DNA of 64,000 bases, taken from NCBI GenBank assembly GCA_963805855.1, contig CAWDVW010000002.1, positions 512,001 to 576,000 on the forward strand. Reading direction: 5' to 3'. Positions 53,852 through 62,922 of the stretch are shown here, piece after piece. The notes under the pieces were generated by a model. The model worked only from the letters and a program-made list of their open reading frames with translations. It made no database searches and was not told where the DNA came from. Source of the DNA: Candidatus Dadabacteria bacterium (GTDB lineage: Bacteria > Desulfobacterota_D > UBA1144 > Nemesobacterales > CSP1-2). How positions within the stretch are numbered: position 1 is the stretch's first letter; each line of letters starts with the position of its first letter. Both the position numbers and the translations under genes were made by a program.

Positions 53852-54268
53852 CATTTTGTTGAGATATTTTTCCTAACTTCCTATTTTGGGATAAGCGTCA
53901 AAAGTTATTCAAATATTATAATATTTGAGCGTGCTTTGTGCTAGTTTTTGAAATTTAGCGTCCCTATTGGATACAGTCCTGCAAAATCTGTCGCTGTATC
54001 TCCCTTCTATTATAGAAGCAGTTTCTCTTGAGAAGTATATTTAGAGCTTAATGTTTTACTCGTCCGTGAACTATTACATATAAGATGTATGATTCGGAAC
54101 GAAACAAAATTACAAGAAGTAAGTGAACGTAATGGCCTTATCGTTTTTGATATAATTGGCACCAATACCAAAACATTCCTTAGTGACAATTCGACCAGGT
54201 TATTTGATACATTAAAAAGGGATTATTTGGCCTTCCAAAAATTGCGTCAAGAAAATGAAAATTGCGAT

Positions 54269-54402
54269 TGTCATTTCGACCACAAGGAGAAATCTTTCCT
54301 TTCTCTTTGTTTCCTGACTTAACTACTAGATCTCTCACATCCGTTCGAGATGACAGCGTTTGGACAGCCTTGATTTTTGCTTCTTTGTATCAAGACAAAG
54401 AA
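54269..54402. repeat. TGTCAT...ATGACA element plus inverted copy of the 35-nt repeat
   Basis: TGTCATTTCGA...GAGAAATCT / AGATCTCTC...TCGAGATGACA at 54269-54355, then 54368-54402. Confidence 0.65.
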
Positions 54403-54446
54403 GTCAAAAAGAAGAGTAAGATAAATAGACAAAAAACGATGTCAAT

Positions 54447-55652
54447 TTATTGATAGGCTTCGATCATACTCTTAAGGATCGTTCCGGAAGATGAATTCTT
54501 AATCTTCTCAAGTGCGCTTTTCTCAATCTGCCTTATCCGTTCCCTAGTGAGGCTGAATCTTTTCCCAACCTCGTCCAGCGTTAAGGCGTTTTCATACCCA
54601 ATCCCAAATCTCATTTTAACCACCTCTCGTTCCCTGGTATTCAGCTCTGAGAGGGCGGCCTCTAGGCTTTTTGGGAGCGATGCAGCCGTAATTAGAGAAT
54701 CCGCAGGTACTGATTTTGGATCTGCAAAGACATCGATAAAGCTCATGTTTTGCCCTTGGAGGGTTGTGTCGAGGCTCAATACCTTATCGTTATCCCCAAG
54801 AACCCAGCTAATATTCGCCTCAGACATCTTCGCTTTATCGGCCACCTCCTTATTCAGAGGCCGTCTCCCCATCTCTTTCGCAAGATCATTCCGTATTCTC
54901 CTGATCTTACTTGATTTTTCAAGCACATACGCAGGCACGCGTACGGTTTTTCCGTGAGTAAATGAAGCCCTTAAAATAGATTGGGTTATCCACCAACTGG
55001 CATATGTAGAGAACCTGTAGCCTCTCTTGTAATCAAATTTCTCGACAGCCTTTATCAACCCCAAATTTCCCTCTTGCAGAAGATCCAAATAGGGTATCCC
55101 CCTTCCAATATATTTTCTGGCGATGCTTGCAACGAGCCTCAAATTGGATTTGATAAATCGGTTTCTCAGCTCCGTCGCCTTTAGATTATTTGCTTCCAGA
55201 AGGTTGAAGAGTCTTTCCAGACGTTTAGCTAATTTCTCATTTTCATCTATCCTGCTTCTATTATTCAGCATATTACGTAATTCACGTATAGCCCGGTCTC
55301 CATTATTACCGAGTCTTCGGCCTATAATCCCCTCGATTGTCTTAAGAATCTTCTCCGACCTTGATTCACATCTTTCGATTTTTGAGGCAATTTCAATCTC
55401 CTCACTAGGTTTGAGGAGTGGTTCTAAACCGACTTCTTTAAAATATGAATTAACTAACCTCAAATCCTGATCCTGAACCTGTTTCTTACTGGTTGTGCTT
55501 TCGCTTTCCGAAATTCCATCGGTTCCCTGATGAGAAATCTCCTCATTCCCATCATCGGAATCCACATCTGAAGGCAACCCGGCGACAGTCTCAGTGTCCA
55601 CCGTGCTGTAATCAACTGTTAAATAGTAATTTTTTGTCTTTTCCATAATCAT
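54447..55652 (-). CDS. RpoD/RpoS-family sigma70 factor (alternative group 1/2-like)
   Basis: NLRLVASIA, DLLQEGNLGL.KAVEKFD, FSTYASWWI and TLDEVG..FSLTRERIRQIE. Confidence 0.9.
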   Translation of the reverse strand: MIMEKTKNYYLTVDYSTVDTETVAGLPSDVDSDDGNEEISHQGTDGISESESTTSKKQVQDQDLRLVNSYFKEVGLEPLLKPSEEIEIASKIERCESRSEKILKTIEGIIGRRLGNNGDRAIRELRNMLNNRSRIDENEKLAKRLERLFNLLEANNLKATELRNRFIKSNLRLVASIARKYIGRGIPYLDLLQEGNLGLIKAVEKFDYKRGYRFSTYASWWITQSILRASFTHGKTVRVPAYVLEKSSKIRRIRNDLAKEMGRRPLNKEVADKAKMSEANISWVLGDNDKVLSLDTTLQGQNMSFIDVFADPKSVPADSLITAASLPKSLEAALSELNTREREVVKMRFGIGYENALTLDEVGKRFSLTRERIRQIEKSALEKIKNSSSGTILKSMIEAYQ

Positions 55653-55978
55653 CTTCTCTCTAATGACTTATGATGTAATATTGAGGTATTGGATGCAGGA
55701 ATATTGAAAACCCTTCTAGCTTCATTAAACCATAAAAATTTCTTAAAGTTTCAATTACACGTCTTTAGAACCTGAATTAATCTTTCAATTTTATGACTGA
55801 ATTACTGTTCTCTAGGCTGAACGCTAATGAAGATATTGTGAGGATCAACACTACTAGATAGGAAAACTCTTTTGTTTTTAACCGGTTAGCAACACCGGAC
55901 TAACCCGTGACCGCGATCAAGATGACACAATCTTGGGTATCGGGTTCCAATTCAGCGTGGAATTATTAGATGAATATA

Positions 55979-56737
55979 TTACTGGATGGTGGTCCTTTCC
56001 GGATCACCAGAAGCTTTACGCCTTATATCATCCCATTTTTGGGTTAACATATTAAGCCTCGAATCAGCATCCGCGATCTTCCCCCCTCTCAAGAGTGTTA
56101 ATACCTCCCACAGATCCTTCACCGAATTCTCATTACGTATTGTATAAGGATGAATGAAAGAACATAGTTCTCCATAATTAAGAACCACAGATCCGGAAGG
56201 GTCAAATCCGGATAGAAGTGAATAGACCTTCCTCATACCTGCCCTAATATCGGCCAATTTATTTGATAATTGAGAACTTGACTCGTGCTTGTCTATGACA
56301 GAGCCTATAACCTTTTCTGCTTCTTTCAGTCTCCCGAGGCCTGCGTCAAGTTTAGTATCGTAGCTTATCGCATTGAATCCCCAATGTGTATAGAGGATTT
56401 TTCGCTCCTCTTCCCGAAATATAACAAACCAGTGAAGTGGGATAATATTTTCAGAAACGAAGATATGCGACTGACCCTTCGACCCTAAAGGCGCAATATA
56501 ATATCTCCCACTTTCGTCCTTCATGAAAAAACAATCTTCTATCTGGTCCTCCAACATATCAAGATTTGATGAAATTGCCTTTCTGAAGCTCTCGTACTCA
56601 TTTCCAAACCAAACCCCGAAAGGTGACGTCGGTCCGCCCCAATACTTTTCGTAAAAATCTATGTATGAAAGCCAGTAGTCGCTTTTATCTCCAAAATTCT
56701 CGACAGCTTCATACAGTATCAATGTGCTGTTTGCCAT
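55979..56737 (-). CDS. Conserved hypothetical protein
   Basis: About 250-aa ORF with IPLHWF, VLNYGEL and ENSVKDL motifs. Likely start MANSTL. Confidence 0.65.
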   Translation of the reverse strand: MANSTLILYEAVENFGDKSDYWLSYIDFYEKYWGGPTSPFGVWFGNEYESFRKAISSNLDMLEDQIEDCFFMKDESGRYYIAPLGSKGQSHIFVSENIIPLHWFVIFREEERKILYTHWGFNAISYDTKLDAGLGRLKEAEKVIGSVIDKHESSSQLSNKLADIRAGMRKVYSLLSGFDPSGSVVLNYGELCSFIHPYTIRNENSVKDLWEVLTLLRGGKIADADSRLNMLTQKWDDIRRKASGDPERTTIQ

Positions 56738-56896
56738 CGATATTAATATATCAAATCTCACAGAAAAACATAATATCTATGCCAAAATATATGTTTAATA
56801 CAGTTATCCTTCAAACAGGACAATTCCAGAAGCCGGCCGATCGTGAATGAAAGAAACCAATTGACAAGCACTTAACAAAAGTCGTAATATCATGGG

Positions 56897-57616
56897 GTGG
56901 CCGAATTGACTCTCGAGAAATTGATTAAAAAGGCAAAAAGGAAAAAGATTGACTTGGGGCCGGACCCAGCAAAGACGATAAGGGTTTGCGTGAAGCTCGG
57001 GCTTATTTCAAAACCCAAGAGACGGATTTCAAGAATAAACAACGGCAAAAAAACCACATATTATTACCCCGACAATACTCTAGATAAATTAGAACATATA
57101 AAGGCCCTCAAATCAGAAGGCATCTCTCTGGAAGAGATCAGAGAAAGCTTTGCCCTTGTGTACGTTCAAACCGCTCTTCATGATCTTATCCGCCAGGCTG
57201 ATGATGAAAAAATCGGACAACTTGCTCAAATAATCGGAAGCAAGGATAAGGAACTAGAGGCCATAGTACAGGCGCCGCTTATCTATGTAATAGAGGGTAT
57301 GTCCCAGGAAGAAGCAAAAAAGATTCTTACCCTATTCTGCGGAGTAGGTTTTTATGCGCTTCTGGAGGCCGAGGAGGAATTGGAAAAACTGAAGTTTAAC
57401 GAAGCCAGGAAAGCACTATCCAAAGCGATTTTTTATAATTCTATCGCAGTATTAAGACTGGCACGCACTACAGGTGACACAAAGCTGGAAGCTTCAGCCA
57501 CAGATGTTTATGAAAAGGTTGTTCTTGAACCAATCAGAAAGGCGACTGAGAATGTTAGGAAAGAATTCAAAAAATCGATCGATAAGTATCTGAGGGAAAA
57601 GGGGTTAAAGATTTAA
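56897..57616 (+). CDS. MerR-like HTH domain protein
   Basis: TIR..VKLGLISKPKR...YYYPDNTLDKLEHIKALKSEGISLEEIRE. TTGACA at 56861 upstream. Confidence 0.65.
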   Translation: MAELTLEKLIKKAKRKKIDLGPDPAKTIRVCVKLGLISKPKRRISRINNGKKTTYYYPDNTLDKLEHIKALKSEGISLEEIRESFALVYVQTALHDLIRQADDEKIGQLAQIIGSKDKELEAIVQAPLIYVIEGMSQEEAKKILTLFCGVGFYALLEAEEELEKLKFNEARKALSKAIFYNSIAVLRLARTTGDTKLEASATDVYEKVVLEPIRKATENVRKEFKKSIDKYLREKGLKI

Positions 57617-57658
57617 CCCACCGGAATAGAGAAGGATTTTCCCAATTACCATGTAAAC

Positions 57659-57910
57659 TTACAACCGCTTACCGATGCACTCCGCTATGCTATCTATGTT
57701 TTCAAGAAGGCTCTGATTAATATCTTCCTCGTCAATACTTATTTTAAACTCGGATTCCAATGCCACAATCAGTTCCAAAGTGGCTACCGAATCAACACCA
57801 ACACCCAGCTCTATTAGAGGGGTATCATCCTTAATTTCTGACGGATCAACTTCGGATAACATTTTTTCAATCAATACTTTCCTGATTCTACTATTTACAG
57901 TCTCTTTCAT
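57659..57910 (-). CDS. Acyl/peptidyl carrier protein
   Basis: Acidic 83-aa protein with the phosphopantetheine motif GVDSV..LEL...LESEF. Confidence 0.85.
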   Translation of the reverse strand: MKETVNSRIRKVLIEKMLSEVDPSEIKDDTPLIELGVGVDSVATLELIVALESEFKISIDEEDINQSLLENIDSIAECIGKRL

Positions 57911-57959
57911 TGTATCAAGCCTTAAAAGCTACCATCAAACACTCTTACTTGGAATACAC

Positions 57960-59432
57960 CTACTTTAACAACTCAATAACCACTTTACCCGTCGGGCCCC
58001 TAGGTATCGTTTGTCTGAATTCAATTTTGCTTGGAATCTTAAAATCAGCAATTTTGCCCCGACAAAATTCATAAATCTCCTTGGCTGTTAAATCGGCCTT
58101 TGGAACTATTACCGCCTTTACCACCTCATTCCCCTCACTATCACTCACACCGAAAACCACCACTTCCTTTACCTTCGAATGGCCTGAAATTTGATGTTCA
58201 ACCTCCCTTGGATTCACCTTATTTCCACTGATATTTATAAACATCTTTTTTCTGCCCACAATTCTGATATATCCATCTTTATCCATAGTTCCCAAATCAC
58301 CGGTATGATAATATCCATTCCTAAACACGCTCATTGTATCCTGCGGAAGGTTCTTATAACCACTAATCATTGAACTACTCTTAACAGCTATTTCCCCCTC
58401 CTCGCCCGCTCCAACTACCGAACCATCTTCCCTAACAATCTGAACGTCCACATTTTTTACCGGTCTCCCAACTGAATCAAAGTTAACTTCAATATCCTGC
58501 GATAGATTTATGGCAATCACACCTGTCTCGGTTGACCCATACAGTTGCCTTGGATAAATTCCAAATTTTTCATGGAATCGATAGAAAACTTCTTTTGATA
58601 GTGGAGAACCGGCGGAAATGACCAATTTGAGAGACGAAAAATCTCTGGGCTTTGGAAGATAGGTTTTCGCTAATACATCGAGCATAAACGGGACTGCCGG
58701 GAAAATAGTTATTGCTTCACCTTCGATCATATCAATGACCCTATTCCTGTTGAAAGAGCTCAAAACATAAAGGGTAGCACCAACCTTTATACCACTGATA
58801 AAATTTCCAAGCGCGTACGTATGCGAAAGTGGAACGACGAATAGTATCTTATCATCCTCTGCCCAACCGACGGTCTGAGTATGATTTTCAGCAAGAGCAT
58901 TAAGATTCAGATGACTCCTTGCCACACACTTGGGTTTAGCGGTGGTACCGGTTGAATAGAGATAAATTGCCTCATCATCGGGTATTAGGTCATGTTTGAT
59001 CTTACTTGAAACTCCATTACTGCAATATGAATAGTCTGTTATGGCCCCTCTTATGACCAATACGGATGCGCCGGCCTCATCGGCAGATTTTTCGGCCATA
59101 GGTCTTAACGTTTCTTCAGTAAGTATAATGCGCGGGGCAGAGTCTGAGATATAATATTCAAGTTCTGTTTCCTTATAGGCGGTATTTAAGGGAACTGAAA
59201 TAGCACCAATTTCAAGCACACTAAAGAAGCTAGTTATGAACTCAAGCGAGTTAGGTAGTAAAATCGCAACCCTGTCACCATGACCAACCCCCTTTGATAC
59301 AAGAAACGAGCTTAGATCTTGTACCATAGATAAAAGGGTCCCATAGGTAATCCTTTTTTGTCCGTCTACAACCGCAATTCCTTCGGAATTCGCCTTTGCT
59401 GAATGTTTAAACAAATCTGGAACTACTTTCAT
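57960..59432 (-). CDS. Class I adenylate-forming enzyme (acyl-CoA/acyl-ACP ligase)
   Basis: YSTGTTAKPK, YGSTETG, YHTGDLG, GRKK and PRGPTGKV. Confidence 0.9.
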   Translation of the reverse strand: MKVVPDLFKHSAKANSEGIAVVDGQKRITYGTLLSMVQDLSSFLVSKGVGHGDRVAILLPNSLEFITSFFSVLEIGAISVPLNTAYKETELEYYISDSAPRIILTEETLRPMAEKSADEAGASVLVIRGAITDYSYCSNGVSSKIKHDLIPDDEAIYLYSTGTTAKPKCVARSHLNLNALAENHTQTVGWAEDDKILFVVPLSHTYALGNFISGIKVGATLYVLSSFNRNRVIDMIEGEAITIFPAVPFMLDVLAKTYLPKPRDFSSLKLVISAGSPLSKEVFYRFHEKFGIYPRQLYGSTETGVIAINLSQDIEVNFDSVGRPVKNVDVQIVREDGSVVGAGEEGEIAVKSSSMISGYKNLPQDTMSVFRNGYYHTGDLGTMDKDGYIRIVGRKKMFINISGNKVNPREVEHQISGHSKVKEVVVFGVSDSEGNEVVKAVIVPKADLTAKEIYEFCRGKIADFKIPSKIEFRQTIPRGPTGKVVIELLK

Positions 59433-59447
59433 TCTGAATTTCCTATT

Positions 59448-60485
59448 CTAGGGATACATACATGGAATAGTTAAACCCTCTTCTTCTGGATAACCAAACA
59501 TGATGTTCATGTTTTGTATTGCCTGTCCGGCTGCCCCTTTCCCCAGGTTATCAAGTGCTGTAATGGTTATGCATACATCATCTTGAAATCCAATCCCGAT
59601 ATCACAAAAATTCGTAAACCTCACGTTCTTTAAAGAAGGGTATTTCCCCAAACTACATAATCGTATGAAAGAGCTTTCCGCATAGTATGCGAGATACACG
59701 TTCCATAAACGCTCCAAATCCATGGGCTCTATAAGCTCAGAGTAAATCGTCGTTAGGATTCCACGGTTAACCGGAATCCTATGGGGAACAAATGTTAGGC
59801 TTACCGGGCTTCCACTCAAAACTGAGAGCTGTTTTTCCATTTCGGGCTTTTGATCATTTTTATCGATACCAAAAGCTACAACGGTTTCATTTGCTTCCGA
59901 GAAATGACGCTCAAGAACAGGCGCTCGACCGCCACCAGCAAGACCCACCTTGGAATCGATTCTTATTGAACCATCCTCTAAGAGTGCATTAACCACGGCG
60001 GGTGCCAATCCGTATAGGACGCTGGTTGAATAGCAACCGGGGTTTGCAACGAGAATAGCATCTCTTATCTTGCCTTTATAAATTTCCGGAAGGCCATACA
60101 CGGCACTCTGTAGCAAATCTTTACATGAATGATCTACCTTGTATAAGATCTTGTAGTCCTCGTAATCACTAAACCTGAAATCAGGACTCAAATCTATTAC
60201 CCGGGTGCCGTTCCGGATTAACCTTTCGACAAAATGCATCGATTTTCCGCCCGGAAGGCAACTAAAGGCCAAGTCAACATTCTCGAAGGATTTAAGCTTA
60301 GAAATACTCGAACATCTTATATCGATGAATTTGTTGAATTGAGGGAAAACTTCATAGATTTTCTTGCCTGAAAATTTCTCAGATGTCAGCCAGACTATCT
60401 CAACATTTGGATGACGAATCAAAAGCCTGATTAGTTCTGCTCCGGTATAACCTGTGGCTCCCAAAATTCCAACTCTGGTCGTCAT
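59448..60485 (-). CDS. argC: ArgC-like N-acetyl-gamma-glutamyl-phosphate reductase (divergent)
   Basis: GATGYTG, DLSPDFR, YGLPE, NPGCY and DNLGKGAAGQA. The canonical SGAG and HRH motifs are altered. Confidence 0.75.
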   Translation of the reverse strand: MTTRVGILGATGYTGAELIRLLIRHPNVEIVWLTSEKFSGKKIYEVFPQFNKFIDIRCSSISKLKSFENVDLAFSCLPGGKSMHFVERLIRNGTRVIDLSPDFRFSDYEDYKILYKVDHSCKDLLQSAVYGLPEIYKGKIRDAILVANPGCYSTSVLYGLAPAVVNALLEDGSIRIDSKVGLAGGGRAPVLERHFSEANETVVAFGIDKNDQKPEMEKQLSVLSGSPVSLTFVPHRIPVNRGILTTIYSELIEPMDLERLWNVYLAYYAESSFIRLCSLGKYPSLKNVRFTNFCDIGIGFQDDVCITITALDNLGKGAAGQAIQNMNIMFGYPEEEGLTIPCMYP

Positions 60486-60648
60486 CGATTCTGAGTTTGA
60501 CTAAATTTCGTAAAAATGCAAACGTATTTAGTAGTATGATTCATTCAACTAACATACAGAATATCAATAAGTGTGCCCACATTTACTAGCTTGACACATT
60601 TTCAAGGGCAATGATAATATTTCACGAGATTATTCAAGGAGGATAAGA

Positions 60649-61455
60649 ATGATTAAACAGTTAGGCAATTCGTATCTATTATCGATCTTAACGTTACTTT
60701 TTCTCGTATCTTTTGTGGGCTGTGAAAACGACGAAAGTAAGAAGATCGTAATCAAAGGAAACGTAGATAACACATCCGCGACCGTTGAAGCGATAGTGAA
60801 CGGACAGGTAGTGGACAGCGTTGACACAAATGTAAATGGCAATTACCGAGTAAGGGTTTCCAACAACGCTAACAGTGTTCAACTACGTTTTGTCACCGAC
60901 ACCTTTAATGTCGCTAGAGTGATTCAGCTTACGCCTGACAGCCAGGTGATCTTTGATGTATCCATCGACCCAGGGGTGATCACGATAAATAACTGGCAGG
61001 TTATTCAAGAGCGTTTGAAATTGTCTGGAAACGATACGATCACATATAATGAACCTGATGCCGATTTTTCAATCAATGGATCAGGTAAGGATTGCATACG
61101 ATTGAAAGGAAGCAGTGTGCTTGATATCTCAGCCAGAAACATAACAGTCGTCGATTGCGGGGAAGGTATTATCACCGAGGGCTCGTCCACATTGACGTTT
61201 GACACAGTAGAAGATATCAACATAACCGCGAGAAGCAACGGGATCAGGTCAAGAAATGATAGCTCCGTATTCCTCTCGTCGGACAACGGAATTTTCATCA
61301 GCTCAAATACAGACAACGGTATAAGGTCAGGCGGAACTTCAGAGGTAATACTCGACCCACAGGTAACCTGTACGATTTTTGGCTCAAGTAATGCAATAAA
61401 CGAGGGCTCTAGCGCACTCATAGATCCGGATGGCTGTGTTTTGATAAGTGGGTAA
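60649..61455 (+). CDS. Lipoprotein with a beta-rich, beta-helix-like C-terminal region
   Basis: VGC lipobox, repeated GI/NGI turns, AGGAGG RBS. Confidence 0.7.
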   Translation: MIKQLGNSYLLSILTLLFLVSFVGCENDESKKIVIKGNVDNTSATVEAIVNGQVVDSVDTNVNGNYRVRVSNNANSVQLRFVTDTFNVARVIQLTPDSQVIFDVSIDPGVITINNWQVIQERLKLSGNDTITYNEPDADFSINGSGKDCIRLKGSSVLDISARNITVVDCGEGIITEGSSTLTFDTVEDINITARSNGIRSRNDSSVFLSSDNGIFISSNTDNGIRSGGTSEVILDPQVTCTIFGSSNAINEGSSALIDPDGCVLISG

Positions 61456-61465
61456 ATGCGACGAC

Positions 61466-61487
61466 GATAGGCGGGGCTTTCTAACCC
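61466..61487 (+). repeat. Partial GATAG-type REP
   Basis: GATAGGCGGGGCTTTCTAACCC, 10 nt after the stop. Confidence 0.55.
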
Positions 61488-61648
61488 ATTAATTAGCTTT
61501 AATTGCGGAAGTCGTCCTTCACTGGGGGGTTTTTCTCATTAACAAATTCTACCTTTCTGAGGCCTCCTCCTTAATACCTCTTTTGGGCAGATGTGATTTC
61601 AAATTATGGATTGAAAATCCATATATTAGTGTGCTATTGTTTGCTTAA

Positions 61649-62845
61649 GTGAATACATCCGGGGGCATTAAAAAAAAGCTGGAAACGGGATCCAGAATTA
61701 ATATCTGGAAGCAGGATCCTACGGTGCGAGAACCCGGGGTAAGAACCACCTTTGTCCACAACAACGTATATGCCGGACCAAGCGATTCTCAGATAGCTAT
61801 TAAAGGTTTCCCCCCTATTTTGCCTGATATAAATGGAGATTTCCTCTTTCCCCCGCCGGAACAGTATATTGTGGAGGATTTATATAATCTGCCCGGAATA
61901 AGCGAAGAGGAGCAAAGATTTGATGCGGCTCATACTTATGCGGTTGTACGCAAGGTATTAACAATGTACCAGCGCGTATTGGGACGGGAATTAAAATGGG
62001 TGTGGAATAGTGAAAGTAATGTCGAGCCGCTTAGCATTTATCCACATGCTAATGTAGGAAGAGCTGCATTCTATGACAGGAGCTTGAAGTCACTTAACTT
62101 TCAATATTTCTACGTACTTGGAAAACAGCCTGTTTTCACCTGCAGGTCTATGGACGTTGTCTCGCACGAAACGGGTCATGCGATATTTGATTCATTAAAA
62201 CCATCTTGGAATGTCTTAGAAGAGGGAAGGGGGCTTTCTCTGGCGATAGCCGCATTACAGGAGTCTTTATCCGATCTAACCTCTATTTTCTTTATACTGT
62301 CTCAATTGGATCTTGTCGAATACATAATCGCACAGACAAAGGCTAACCTTCGCTATGAAGATAACATACTGGCAACCTGGGGTGAAGAACTTGGGGCGAT
62401 ACCTGGATACGGGGCCGTCAGAAACGCTGTTAATAATCTAAAATTAAGCGAAGCCGGCACAGAGATACATAAAATCTCCCAGGTTTTTACCGGCGCTGTT
62501 TACGATATGCTTTCAGAAATGCTTAATGCTGAAAGGGAGCCAGATATTCGTGACGATGCAGAAGCGTTGTATCAGGTAAGTCAGTATATGCTGCATCTAT
62601 TGGTTCAATCTGTTCTCCTTTCGCCCGATAGAAAGGCTTCTTTCGCAGATGTTGCCAATGAAATGATAAAAATAACAGAAGGAACCGGACGATTAGGCCA
62701 TGCAGAAATTGTTCGGAATAATTTTATATACAGGGACATCTTGACCGATACCGGGGTAGCAAGTCCTTTCGATGATTTTTCAGATATTTTTCCAGATCTC
62801 AGAGGGTGTTGCGGTACTTTGAACGGAGCAGTGGTGTCAAAATAA
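61649..62845 (+). CDS. Gluzincin zinc metallopeptidase (M4/M36-like)
   Basis: DVVSHETGH, downstream ESLSD and EIH..SQVFTGA. Confidence 0.75.
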   Translation: MNTSGGIKKKLETGSRINIWKQDPTVREPGVRTTFVHNNVYAGPSDSQIAIKGFPPILPDINGDFLFPPPEQYIVEDLYNLPGISEEEQRFDAAHTYAVVRKVLTMYQRVLGRELKWVWNSESNVEPLSIYPHANVGRAAFYDRSLKSLNFQYFYVLGKQPVFTCRSMDVVSHETGHAIFDSLKPSWNVLEEGRGLSLAIAALQESLSDLTSIFFILSQLDLVEYIIAQTKANLRYEDNILATWGEELGAIPGYGAVRNAVNNLKLSEAGTEIHKISQVFTGAVYDMLSEMLNAEREPDIRDDAEALYQVSQYMLHLLVQSVLLSPDRKASFADVANEMIKITEGTGRLGHAEIVRNNFIYRDILTDTGVASPFDDFSDIFPDLRGCCGTLNGAVVSK

Positions 62846-62922
62846 TCAAGGTACGCAGATACGCACGAGCACTGAAAGATGCTATTCTTGTCAATCCCGG
62901 AAACCGCAATAATCTCAGCCAC

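Noticed and set aside
53706-53876. Plus-strand TTG-started frame reading through the array (STIEKYATVE-SVIAKFATVG-RVVRYLRTVQ)
   Set aside because: No RBS, and the open frame is explained by the 36-bp period. Not called as a gene.
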